A stretch of DNA of 64,000 bases from the NCBI RefSeq assembly GCF_030028105.1, contig NC_092384.1, forward strand, positions 3,453,665 to 3,517,664, given 5' to 3'. This stretch comes from Mobula birostris. Its lineage: Eukaryota. Numbering within the stretch: position 1 is the first letter of the stretch; the number at the start of each line of letters is the position of its first letter. The notes below the pieces were generated by a model, which saw nothing but the letters and a program-made list of their open reading frames with translations, did not search any database and was not told the DNA's origin. This document shows positions 1-12,200 of the stretch, in pieces. The position numbers were made by a program, and so were the translations under genes.

Positions 1-760
1 GTGAACATTATCTGTACCCTCTTCAATGGCAGCACATCCTTTCTTAGATATGGTGCACAAAACTGTTCATAACACCCCACGTGCGGTATGAATAATGCCT
101 TATAAAGCTTTGGTATCATATATTTTCTTTTGTATTCTAGTCCTCTCGAAGTAAATGCTAACAGTGCCTTTGCCTTCCTGACCACCAACTCAACTCACAA
201 TTTAAGCTTAGCGAAATTATTCACGAGGACCTGCAATGTCCTATTGCACTTCTGACATATGAACATTCCTCACCGTTTAGAAAATAGTATTCACCTTTAT
301 TCCTTCTATAAAAGTGTATAGCCATACACTTTCCTGCTCTTTATTTCATTTGCCATTTCTTTGCTCATTCCCCTAAGCTTTCTAAGTTCTACTGCCGACT
401 CCGTCCATCCTCAACACTATCTGCCCCTGCAGCCACCTACGTATCGTTCACAACATTGACAAAATCGATGTTCCATCATTGACATATAATGTGCAAACAG
501 GCAGTCCCAGCATCGATACTTGTGCAACACTAATATTCACAAGCAGAATATCAGAAATGGCCCCTTTATTCTGACTCTTCATCACATTCCTCTTAACCAA
601 ACTACCCATGATAGCATCCTTTCTGTGATATGCAGCCTCGTTTCGGGCCTTGCAAATATGCCATCTGAAAATCCAAGAAAATAACAACCGATGCTCTCCG
701 TTTTCTGTTGTGCCCATCAAACAATTCCCACAGATATGGCAGGCAAGATTTCCTTTTAAG
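1..760 (-). mobile_element. Degenerate CR1 LINE fragment (RT region)
   Basis: ORF 448-720 contains a decayed form of the CR1 RT motif [19 protein letters not shown] (SVAQVSMLGLPVCTLYVND). The flanks resemble the other CR1 copies in the window. Confidence 0.75.
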
Positions 761-993
761 GAAACAATGTTCTCTTTAGTCTATAGAATGTGCCTACCCG
801 AAACATCACCGGCATATTGATACTCATAACGTCTAAATTTGGAGTTCAATTCCGACGTCAGCTGCTGGTTTCTCCACGTAGAATGTATCCAAAAACGTGT
901 CGGATAGTAAATTCATTGTGGGTTGTGCATTACCCCTTGACCGGGCTCGAGTAAATCGGGGTTTGCAGGGTGGCACAGCTCGAAGGGCCAGAA

Positions 994-2385
994 TGTCATG
1001 GTCCGGTCCGTGAAGTCCGTATTCCGGTTCCCGGTCCGGTCTATCGACCCTTGCTCCCGGTTTTCCTGTCTACCCTGTTTCTGTTCTTGTTGAGCTCTAA
1101 TTGAGGCAGCTGATGCTCTTTGGGGCTGGTTAAACATATATCTTCAGAGACCAGGGCGTGGCTGCTAGATTGTTCTTGTCCTTATTCATTGTATCCCTTC
1201 CTCTGCCTTCTGTTTCCTCGCCTAAAAACCTTGCCTTGTCTTGCTGGTAACTCTCGCCTTGCCTGAATTTCTCGTCTCACCTTGCATTGCCTGAAGCCTT
1301 GCCTGGTCTTGCTGGTAATTCTCGCCTCGTCTCGCCTTCCGTCTTGTCCTGGAGCCACCCCGTACTTAGCTCCATTCCTGTCCCTTACCTCCGCCGGTAA
1401 GTCAGGCTGTCTTGCCATTAGCCTGCAGCTGGTTCTGTCCCTTCCTGCCCTTTGTCTCCGTGGGGTAAGCCAGGCCATATTGCCGTTACCTACGGTTGGT
1501 TCTGTCCCTTCCTAACCTTTGCCTCTGTCCGGTAAGTGAGGCCGCATTGCCATTACCTATGGTTGTTTTTTTTTTTTCCCTTCCTGTCCCTTGCCTCTGT
1601 CGGGTGGTGATCCGCGACCTGCCCAGGAGTACTGCGCTCTGCTCAGGAGTACCGTGCCCTGCTCAGGAGGTTCCTCTATTCTCTAGCCTCTAGCCTCAAG
1701 CCTGAAGACTCTGCCAAACCTCGACTCAAGCCTCTAGCCTCTAGACTCAAGCCTGAAGTCTCCAGCGTCTAGCCTCTTGTCAAGCCTCGCCTCAGATCTC
1801 TAACCGCTAGCCTAAATCCTGAAGACTCCAGCCTCCAACCTCCTGCCAAGCCTCGCATCAAGTCTGTAGCATCAAGCCTGAACACTTCAGCATCCCGCAT
1901 CCTGCCAAGCCTCGCCTCAAGTCTTTAAACTCTAGCCTCAAGCCTGAAGACTCCAGCCTCCTGCCAAACCTCGCCTCAATTTTTTTGCCTCAAACCTGAA
2001 GACTCTAGCCTCCTGTCTCTTGCCAAGCCTAGCCTCAAGTCTCTAGCCTCAAGCCTGAAGACTCCAACCTCCTGCCTCCTGCCAAGCTTCGCCTCTAGTC
2101 TCTAGTCTCAAGCCTGAAGACTCCAGCCTCGTTCTGCGTGCCAGCAAAGCCTCGTCCTTGCCTAGTTCTGGGGTTCGAGGCAGAGGCAAGACCCAGTCTG
2201 TGTCCTTGTGCAGTCTCTGGCTCGGAGTCCAAACCCGGGCTCCTAGCTCTCTTGTCCAGTCCTGCTCCTGGTTCCCGGTTTTCCTGTCCAACTCCTTGCC
2301 CTCGCCCTGTATACTAGTCCTGTCCCTAGTACTTCAGTATCTGTGTCTTGCTCTTGGGTCCGTTCCTAGCCACCTCCTTATGACA
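994..2385 (+). mobile_element. Solo LTR (gypsy/sushi-type family) with internal tandem repeats
   Basis: Termini TGTCAT...ATGACA with a perfect 5-bp TSD CAGAA (989-993 and 2386-2390). Imperfect ~50-60 bp repeats (ctagcctcaagcctgaagactccagcctcc...) at ~1690-2130. Inserted in a CR1-like 3' tail. Confidence 0.85.
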
Positions 2386-2559
2386 CAGAAGGCCTATTCC
2401 ACGCGGCATCTCAGTAAACAGATACATAAATAGACAGTTAATCAGATAGATAGATAGATAGATAGATAAACAAACAAACAAACAAACAAGTAAACACACA
2501 AATAAATAAATAGATATATAAATAGGTAAACGGTTCCTACATCCTACCAACTAATGAAC

Positions 2560-3860
2560 TCATATAATGCTCTAGAAGCATTCCAGGATCTAGTGATTCT
2601 TTAAAAATCATTACTAATATCTCCAGCATTTCCTCAGCAACCTCTTTCAGGACAAAGACGTGTAGTCCACCTCGTCCAGCTGTTATCTACCATGATCGGT
2701 TCTCATTTACTCTTTACATATCTGAAACATTGTCGGTATCCTCTTTTACTACCATTGGTGAGTTTTCCTTCATGTTCGTTCTTTTCTCTTCTTTCGTGTT
2801 TTTTTTTCTTATCTTCTGTTGGTTTATAAAAACTTCCAAATCCTCTAGCTTCGCAGTTTTCTTGCTATATTATATGCACTCTCGTTTGATTTCATTTGTA
2901 TTGCACTTGACTTGCCAGCTAAGGTCACTTTAGTATGTTCTTTGGAATGTATACATATTTCACCATCTGAATTGCTCCAAGCAACACCAACTAGTGCCGA
3001 TATGGTGTCATGTGTGCTAGTACCCCCTCTTATCCGATGCTACTTTAAATCCCTTAACTCTACTGTAATACTGATACATCTGATTTAAGCTTTTCCTTCT
3101 CAAATTACAATACTATACTTGCTGCCTCCCCAGGTTTCCTTTACCATTAGGCCCTTAATTGAATATCTTCAATTCAATACACCCAATGCTGAATTTTCTT
3201 TTCCTGAAGCTTGTTCTAAAAAGCTGTCTTATATGCATTCTAAAAATTCCTTTTCTTGGGATCCAGCACCAACCTGATTTTCTCAACCTGTATATTAAAA
3301 TCTCAGATGAGTATCTTAACCTTCTTTTAAACATGCCTTTTCTCTCTCCTGTTATGACTTGTCACCCATATCCTTTGAACCGCTCAGATACCTGTATATC
3401 ACTCACGTCATGCTTTCTAGCCTTGCCCTTACTTAACTTTACCCACAAGGATTCTACATCTTCTGAACTTCTGGGCTTTTTAAATGGATATTATTGCTGT
3501 TTGTTATCAAGATAGCTACCCAGCCCTTCTATCCACCTTCCTTTCCTTGCAATACAATATGGATCATTGATTGTTAAGCTTCCAACAATGATTTTTCAGC
3601 CATGGCACAGTGATGCCCATAACGCCATACCTGCCGATATCTAACTACAGAACAAAATCATGTACAGTATTCCAGATATTACGTGGATTCAAATATAAGA
3701 CCTTCAGTCTTGTATTGATTACCCTTCTTAAATTTTGCCAGCTAGTTATCAGAAATTAAATGTATAACTATTACTATTTTTTTTTGCCTTTTGTTTATTC
3801 TGGAGACTAGTAATCTCTCACGCACTCTCCATCTCTTTTGATTTATCTTCGTTTTTCCAA
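2560..3860 (-). mobile_element. Old degenerate CR1 fragment (endonuclease to linker region)
   Basis: Antisense remnants of CR1 ORF2 motifs (LKVLYLN..., PRVLKEVAEE...) with many stops. Confidence 0.65.
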
Positions 3861-5905
3861 GCTGTTGAACCAACACTTCAGCCCATCACACTGTCATCAA
3901 TAACTTTCGATTCAGTCAAATCATAAATGGAAGAGCTGTAAGCAACGGCGAGTAAGGCGTATTTGCCAGTGGTAATGATGCACCGTTTGATTGAATGACA
4001 AGAAATTTTCGTCGTATAAGTGAGAAAATGCTTTAAGGAATGCCAAAACGGGAATATTTAGTAGCATCCTTAGGACATTGCGGTAGCCTTCCGATCTGTG
4101 TTTTACCAGCCATCATTTTTATAAGGAAGTAAGTTTGAAAAGAGATTGAAAGATACAGCACCGTAGATCTAATCTCAATTTAGAAACATAAGCAATATTT
4201 AGTATGTCGTCAGGATTCTGCAGAAAGAAAATTTCGTTTGACAATTCAAGTTAAAGAATCATTCCATCGATAAGACAGATAGACAGATAGACTGACAGAT
4301 AAACAGAAAGTGAAATCGGTAGATAGATAGATTAGATCGATTTATATGTTTACATTCATGCATACATATATAAATGCAAACATACTTTACATAGATATAT
4401 AGACAGAAAGGCTGACAGACGGAGATACAGGGATTATTAGAAAGGGAAACGAAATGCATTCAAAGCTGTTGCTAAATCATAAAATCTAAAATATGTTTGA
4501 AATACCCAACAGACAAGTCTGTGGTTCTTTACTGTAAACAAACAAATACAAAATTCCGATATCACAGATCAGAAACTTTGCAGTAATTCCCACTTAAATA
4601 TAACATATAAAATATAACCATATATCAATTACAGCAGGGAAACAGGCCATCTCGGCCCTTCTGGTCCATGCCGAACGCTAACTGTCACCTAGTCCCACTG
4701 ACCGCCTCTAGTGCCTAATAAGAAAACGAAGGTAAATTATTTAAAATATCGGAATTTTATATTGAACCCTGAAAGTTGCTAACTTCCCAGTGGAATGCGC
4801 ATAAATTACGAATTACTAAGTATGCATTTGGATTCTTTGTACCAGCGCAGGAAGCCACAATTAGAGAGTGGAAAATTGTATGATGGAAATTTTAATCAGA
4901 GGGAAGCAGTATTTTAGGTCCCATGTTATGGAACAGAGTTGTTCTGCACTTCAACAATCCAAAAAAACTCCGAAATATATTGATGTAGATTTGATTCTAC
5001 AGTGGCGAAGGAACACCATCACAGGTCATGAGTACACGAATAGGCATAATAATTATTTTTTTACTTGACTTCACCTGGTTGAAGACAAAGAAAAAGCCAC
5101 TCCTTTTCTCCTTTTGCGGAATGTGATGTCCGATTAAGAACGAAATAAATGCTCAACATTTTCTATATAGCATGTTTTGAACTAAGTAGCAAAAACATCA
5201 TAAATTTCTAGACTAGACTAATAAATGTCATATTATGTTGAGCCTAGTAATCTGTCAGCACAAGTCAGCTCCACTACGGGAATCTCCTTCGATGGCATTT
5301 CCAGCTGAGTTAATCACTGACAAATTTGCGTGAATGTGGGTACACCAGTATTCACAGTTGATTGAAACTTTAGAGTATTTATATCAAATTGAGATCTTAT
5401 CAACGATATTAGTTTCCTTAATGTGAATAAATTAAGTGTTGTATCGAAACTTTACAGCGCCAAAAGACGTATCGACAAATTTGCAAAACATCGCAGTATC
5501 AGCTATACTTCTTGATCGTGGAAGGTAATACAGGAATGCGACTGGGCTGTTCCTCAAAAAAGAAATCGGATTGATACTCACTTGATCCCTTGCTTTTAGC
5601 AATAAAGTGAAAATGCCATTTCACGTTTGAGCGTGATTGAGAGAAAGAACTTTTCCTCCCACTCATTTCACATGGTGTATATTTGCTTAATCTTGTGTGG
5701 AATTATGAGAACGAAGAGATCTTCTAAGGTGAATCCTACTTTTATTTGCTCGAAAGATGTAGCCATTATGAATAAAGACGAATATACTTTTTGACTAAAG
5801 ATTTTACCAAGCTGAACTCACCGAGCACCGTACAGGGAGTATGCTGTAATTAAATAAAAAGTGAAAAGAAGATATGAGACAAAGCTTTCCATTTAGTAAC
5901 GGCAC

Positions 5906-5971
5906 TTAGTAAACTAACCATTGTGTTCTGCAGCATCGTTAGTAAACTAACCATTGTGTTCTGCAGCATCG
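5906..5971. repeat. Perfect 33-bp tandem duplication
   Basis: ttagtaaactaaccattgtgttctgcagcatcg occurs twice in tandem (5906-5938 and 5939-5971). Confidence 0.95.
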
Positions 5972-6054
5972 TTGAATTGAATGTGATTCATATCAGTTAA
6001 ATTTTGAACAAAAAGATGAACAGTCCATTGTGAAATGTTCAATTATTTCTTTAG

Positions 6055-6101
6055 CAGGAACAGGGGGAGCAACGGAACAAACGCCACCTGTTGAAAGGCA
6101 G
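6055..6101 (+). CDS. Candidate first cytoplasmic exon of an inhibitory IgSF receptor
   Basis: Acceptor ttatttctttag and donor CAG|gtaggt. Read phase 1 to 0 it gives xGTGGATEQTPPVERQ, which is in frame with the next exon. Confidence 0.5.
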
Positions 6102-6569
6102 GTAGGTTTTCATCATTCCATCTATCATGGTTCGCCTGTATAAATGTACGACTGTGAAGCCAAAGGTGAAATGGCTCTTTTCCGGAGATTCAGGCACATT
6201 GTTTTATTTAAGTAAAAGGAAAATAAATAACCACGCTACAGTAAACGTTTCTTTTCATATCTGGGAGTGGGAAATACATACTAAATATTCGCAGGACGTC
6301 GCCTTTTACATTTAATTTGAAAATGTTTTGTGGTATTTTCTGTTGTCCATCCCATTAAACTATTCCGCCACTACACATCCAACACACTAAATAGCATCTT
6401 CGATATAGACAAATGAATAATGCATCTGATGTCATTCTAGTATATTCCATGTTCAGTGTTTTAACTATTACAGTGCTTGGTTTGATGTTTTATGCATGCG
6501 CAAGAATTTTGCTAAATTTATCATGCAGTAAAGTACATATGGCATACCATTTTCCTGTTTTTTTTCTAG

Positions 6570-6671
6570 GTTCCACTAAACGATATGGTGCAATACAGTG
6601 CAATAATTTGGTCCAAGTCAACGAAACGAAAAGAGGCCCGCTTTGAAGATGATTCAGTATTGTACATCCAG
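6570..6671 (+). CDS. Cytoplasmic exon with ITIM (VPLNDMVQYSAIIWSKSTKRKEARFEDDSVLYIQ)
   Basis: Strong acceptor ttttttttctag and donor CAG|gtagga. 102 nt, phase 0-0, open. Contains the canonical ITIM VQYSAI. Confidence 0.75.
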
Positions 6672-6838
6672 GTAGGATGAGCATAAAGCAAGTTCAACGA
6701 TGATGTCAAAGTGAATATATGACATCGACAAAAGTTTAACAAACCAATACACCACGTGTTCATGCCTCTTACGAATGCATATGCCGACGATTAAATTTAC
6801 ATTTGCTATATAGTAATTATTTTACTCAATACTTACAG

Positions 6839-6988
6839 ACAAGGAAATTGACAGCCAATAATAATCCAACATATGCCGTTTTGGAATTGGCGGATTCACA
6901 GAAGCCAAGAAAGTTTGAACGCAATGACGAAAGTTCGGAATATGCTAAGTTGGAAATCAGTCATCAACAACAAGTAAACAAGAAATGA
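6839..6988 (+). CDS. Terminal coding exon of an inhibitory receptor (TRKLTANNNPTYAVLELADSQKPRKFERNDESSEYAKLEISHQQQVNKK*)
   Basis: Acceptor tacttacag, phase 0, in frame with exon 6570-6671. Carries the ITIM-like motifs TYAVL and SEYAKL. Confidence 0.78.
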   Translation, partial: TRKLTANNNPTYAVLELADSQKPRKFERNDESSEYAKLEISHQQQVNKK

Positions 6989-7289
6989 ATGCGTAACTAT
7001 GTGCAAAGATGGATGAAATTTTGCAGTGCTTTCGCTTTAGCCTGTGAACTTCGACTTTCCTGCACCTTACCGTAATCGTCCTGTCATTATTTTCAAAATC
7101 TCGACAGAATATCATCAGCTAGAACGGACTTTGTGCATTACGAAGTAATCTATTCCACGAGAATTTGTAATCAGATGCTCAAAGGCTTTTGAGCTTTGAA
7201 TATTATCATATTAAAATTCGCTTTTACACATTCTTACACATCAGACATACACTGTTGGCCTTCTATGGAATTTTAGTAATGTATATCAC

Positions 7290-7795
7290 AGCGATATATG
7301 CTTACTGACCAGGTTCACAAGGTTAATTCCTGGGATGGAGGGACTGTCATATGTCGAAAGATTGGAGCGACTGGGCTTGTATACTCTGGAATTTTGAAGG
7401 CTGTGAGGGGGTCTTACTGAAACATATAAGATTATTAAGGGATTGGACACATTGGAGGGAGGAAGCATGTTCCCGCTGATGGGTGATTCCAGAACCAGAG
7501 GCCACAGTTTAAGAATAAGGGGTAGGCCATTCAGAACGGAGTTGAGGAAAAATCTTTTCACCCAGAGAATGGTGGATATATGGAATGCTCTGCCCCAGAA
7601 GGTTGTGGAGGCCAGGTCTCCGGATGTTTTAAAGAAAGAGGTGGATAGAGCTCTTAAAGTTAGCGGAATCAAAGGTTATGGGGATATGGCAAGAACTGGA
7701 TACTGATTGTGGATGATCAGCCATGATCACAGTGAATGGCAGTGCTGGCTCGAAAGACCGAATGGCCTACTGTTGCACCTATTGTCTATTGTCTA
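7290..7795 (+). mobile_element. CR1 3' fragment
   Basis: ORF2 C-terminus (RTRGHSLRIRGRPFRTELRKNLFTQR) followed by a (ctattgt)n tail. Confidence 0.9.
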
Positions 7796-9262
7796 TTCAC
7801 TATTGCTCTACATGTAGATCGTAGTGTCTACCTATCTTAACATAATTTGTCCACATTGTACTACTTTGACAACAAATTCCTATACCTGGCAGCCCCATTT
7901 TACTGCAATCATACACTCTGTATCCTGTATGAACCGCTATTGTCATCATACCGGTCAATCTGAAATCAGAACATATCAACTATAAACGTATTCAATTTTA
8001 AGATTCCTTTCCACATCTGAGCGTCAGCAGTTCTCGCTCTACAGAGTAGAGGTTTACATCCGCGAAATCTTAATTCCCCCAGTTTCTACCCCAACTCTGA
8101 GAACAACGCTGTCATTTTCTTGTCCACCTTGAACCTTAGCAACCTCTGGAGACTGTTTCCTAAGGATTTTTCCACATCCATTCAATGATGGGCTATCTGC
8201 ATTCTCACATTTAAAGATAAGTAATGCCACTTCCTCAAAAAGGTCCTACCACCTGATTGAAAATACATTTTTGATACAGTTTAGAATTTCCCTTGCATTA
8301 AATCGCACTCAACATTGGCCAAAAAAATCTAATCTCCTACTACAACCCAATGAATTAGCAGCCTTCCACGATCTTCCTGCAGCTCTGTTCTACTGAATTC
8401 TGTTAACGGAACTGTGACGATTGTGCACCTGTCCAAACATGGGCTAAGATATCTCCAACTGTACCTGTCAGTTCATTCCGAAATAGGTTTTTGCATGCTG
8501 ACTTTTACTTGTCTGACAATTTCTCATTGTGTATATTAAAAGATTGCACAACAGGTATATGCTTTTTACGACAAATTCTAGTGCCATCTTCCATCATAGG
8601 ATAACATATACGGGCAAATAATATGCACTATATCAAGGCTAATGCATTAATTTATGCAATCAAGGAGCAAAGAATAATGTGATAAACATAATCTAAATTC
8701 TACAATATGAAACCCACCTTGCTCCCCTGACTGGCTGTGGTTTGTGTGGATGCTGTGTAATTTGCAACCCTGTTACGACTCGATGCCAAGAAATAACAAA
8801 CAGTTCACTACATGCGATAAGATTAATTATATTTATGAATCTTAACTTAACTAAAATGTTAGTAAAATAAATTTACAAAGAAAACACAAAGGGCCCAATG
8901 CAATTAACAGTCAAATGTGCACAAGTTGGATCTCAACTCTTCCCAAAATTCATATTCACCAATCTTCAGTTGATCTCCGCCCTTGGTTCAATCGAATAAT
9001 GGTCTTCCACAGGGTTGAATCCTACGACCAGTTCTCCTTATCTGCTGCGTCTTCTCTCTTCGTATCCCGCCGAACGAAGGACCCAGCTCACATTCCAAAA
9101 CACCCGTTATTTCTCATCGTAACGCAAACTCTGTATCCCCAAAAGACTATTATATTAGCAGTGAAACCTTTCGCGGTGTGTTACATGTATAATATAATCT
9201 TATGACTTGTTTACAGATTAGTGGATAATGTTTTAAAAGAGGAGGTTTACAAATTTATAGTT

Positions 9263-12200
9263 TTTTATCATTTTTTATTGAGTTTTCAAACTTGTTTACA
9301 TGAAATAATAATAACTAACCTCCCCCCTCCCCTTAACCCTTCCCCCCGATACATACCCCTACCTAAAAGACAAGAAAGAAAAAGAAAAAAAGAAGGAAAG
9401 AAGGAAGGTCTCCACATGCTCCATGGGATTCGAAAATAATAATAATAATAATATATTTATTTGTTTCTTTCCCCAAAGGACCAACATCTTCATTATCGGT
9501 GCACCTATAAGTACCAACCTATCTTTTGTAAATAAGGGCGCCAAATATTCAAAAATGTATCATATTTATCTCTTAAATTATAAGTACTTTTTTCAAGTAG
9601 AATACAGCTAAAACTTTCATTTATCCAACGATCCATACTTAAATACGAATCCGATTTCCAAGGAACTGCAAGAGCGTTCTTGGCTACTGCTAATGCAATT
9701 TTTATAACATTTTCTGGTATTTACTCAATTTAAGTTTCGGTTTTATCCCTTCAATGTCACCTAATAAAAATAATATAGGGTTATGTGGAAGTTGAGTTCC
9801 AGTAATTTGTTCCAATAAATCTCTTAAATTTATCCAAAAAGGTTGAATTTGGGAACAGGACCAAGTAGAATATTAAAAAGTACTAATTCCTTGATTACAC
9901 CGATAGCGTTGATCAGATAAGTTTGAATTTAATCTTTTTTTTTCGCGGTGTAACATATAATTGCTGCAAAATTTATATTGTACTAATCTGAGTCGAACAT
10001 TTATTGTATTTGTCAACTGTCAAGAAATAGTCTTGACCAATTTGTTTCATCAATATTACTACTCAAATAAGTTTCCCATGTTTGTCGTGACTTAAGGATT
10101 CCTAGTTTAAGTGTCTGGTTTTGAATCAGGTTATACATAAATTCCTTTTTGAATTAAAGTTCCAATTTCATTAGGTTTCGGCAAAAACATTGTTTGACCC
10201 AGTTTGTCTCTTAAATAAGCCCTTAATTGAAGGTAACAAAAGAAAGTGTTATTGGATATTTTATATTTATTCTTTAATTTTTCAAAGGACATCAATATAC
10301 CTTCTTCATAACAGTCTCCTATACATCTAATCCCTTTTCGGTACCAATGATATAAAAGTTGATTATCATTGTAAAAGGAATAAGTCTGTTTTGGAACAAA
10401 GGTCTAATAACGATTTCTTCATTTCATCATCAACGTTTGCCTTATTCCATAGATCAATCTAATGTTTTAATATAGGAGGTTCTTCCTTTTCCCGTAGCCA
10501 TTTACATTGCCATTTATATGTAAAACCTGCGGGTGTTATTTCTTCTATCTTATCTAATTCTATTCTAATCCACGCGGGTTTTATTTCGTCAATAAATCTA
10601 AGTTGATTTGCTTTATAATAATTCTTAAAATTTGGAAGTTGTAAACCTCCTAACTCAAATTTCCATGTCAATTTTTCCAGGGATATTCTGGACATCTTAC
10701 CTTTTCAAAGAAATTTCCTCACACAGTTATTTAACTCTGGGGAGAAAAAAAAATCTGTTGCACTTGTATTGGTAATGTTTGAAATAAATACTGTAATCTA
10801 GGAAATATATTCATTTTTACAGCATTGACTCTACTCACTAATGCTATTAGTAATATTATCCAGTTGTCAAGATCTTCTTGATTTTTTTTAAATAGTGGTA
10901 AATAATTAAATTTATATACATTCTTTATATCATTATCACGTCTTATACCTAAATACTTTATAACATTTATCGGCCATCTGAATTGGGTTGCTAATGGACA
11001 TTGACTATACTCTCCTTTAGTAAGAGGTAAGATTTCAGTTATATCCCAATTTATTTTATACCCTGATACTTTCCCATATTCTTCCAATCTAGAAGATAGT
11101 TCACGTAACGAATGCAGTGGGTTTGTTAAATAAATCAAAACATCATCAGCAAATAAATTGATCTTATATTCCTCCTTATTAACTCTAAAACCCTTAATAT
11201 CTGAATCAATTCTAATTAATTCTGCTAATGGCTCTGTCACTGATACAAATAAACAGGTGATAATGGACAACCTTGTCTAGTTAACCTTTATAACTGGAAT
11301 GGTTTGAAATTTGACTACTTGTCACTACTTCAGCGTTAGGATTAGTGTTTATGGTTTTAATCCAGTTTATAAAAGGTACTCCTAACCCATATTTTTATAA
11401 ACCTTTAAATAAAAATATCCCATTCCAATTTATGAAATGCTTTTTCTGCATCCAAGGCTACTACATACACATTTCCTCCCTTTTTTGTGCCAAATGAATT
11501 ATAGTAAGTAGCCGAGCACATTATCTGCCGATTATCGATTTTTAATAAATCCTGTTTGATCCATATGTATTAATTTTGGTAAATATTTAGATAATCTACC
11601 AAGTTAATTTTTTTGCTATTATTTTATAATCCGTGTTCAACAAGAAATAGGCCTATGTGATGCCGGTTTTAAAAGATCTCTATCTGTTTTTGGCAATACT
11701 ATTACAATCGCTGTCGAGAAAGATTCTGGAAGTTTATGTGTTTTTTTTTCGCTTGGCATATTAACTCCATAAAAGGAGAAATTAATAAATGTTTAAACGT
11801 TTTTTAAAATTCAGTAGGAAAACCATCCTCTACTGGAGATTTATTACTTTGAAGTGATCCTAAAGCTTCTTCAACCTTTTTTTTTAATGGAAAAAGCTTA
11901 GCTAATCCCTTCTGTTCTTCAAATTCAATTTTGGAAGAGTTATTTGTGATAAAAATCTTGCTATGTCATTAACATAGTGTTGTGATTACGATTGATATGA
12001 TTCAGAGTAGCAACTTTTAAATAGACAATAAACAATAGACAATATGTGCAGGAGTAGACCATTCCGCCCTTCGAGCCAGCACCGCCATTCACTGTGATCA
12101 TGGCTGATCACCCACAATCAGTATCCAGTTCCTGCCTTATCCCCAAACCTTTGATTCCGCTGTCTTTAAGAGCTCTATCCATTTTCTTTTTTATTGAAAG

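Noticed and set aside
6413-6646. Hydrophobic ORF (VILVYSMFSVLTITVLGLMFYACA) as the receptor's TM exon
   Set aside because: It leaves only ~40 nt of intron before 6570 and reads through in a frame that skips the ITIMs. An AT-rich intron explains it more simply, although an alternative exon is not excluded.
8771-9185. TGT...ACA-bounded 415-bp segment as a solo LTR
   Set aside because: No TSD and no homologous copy here, so it cannot be supported.
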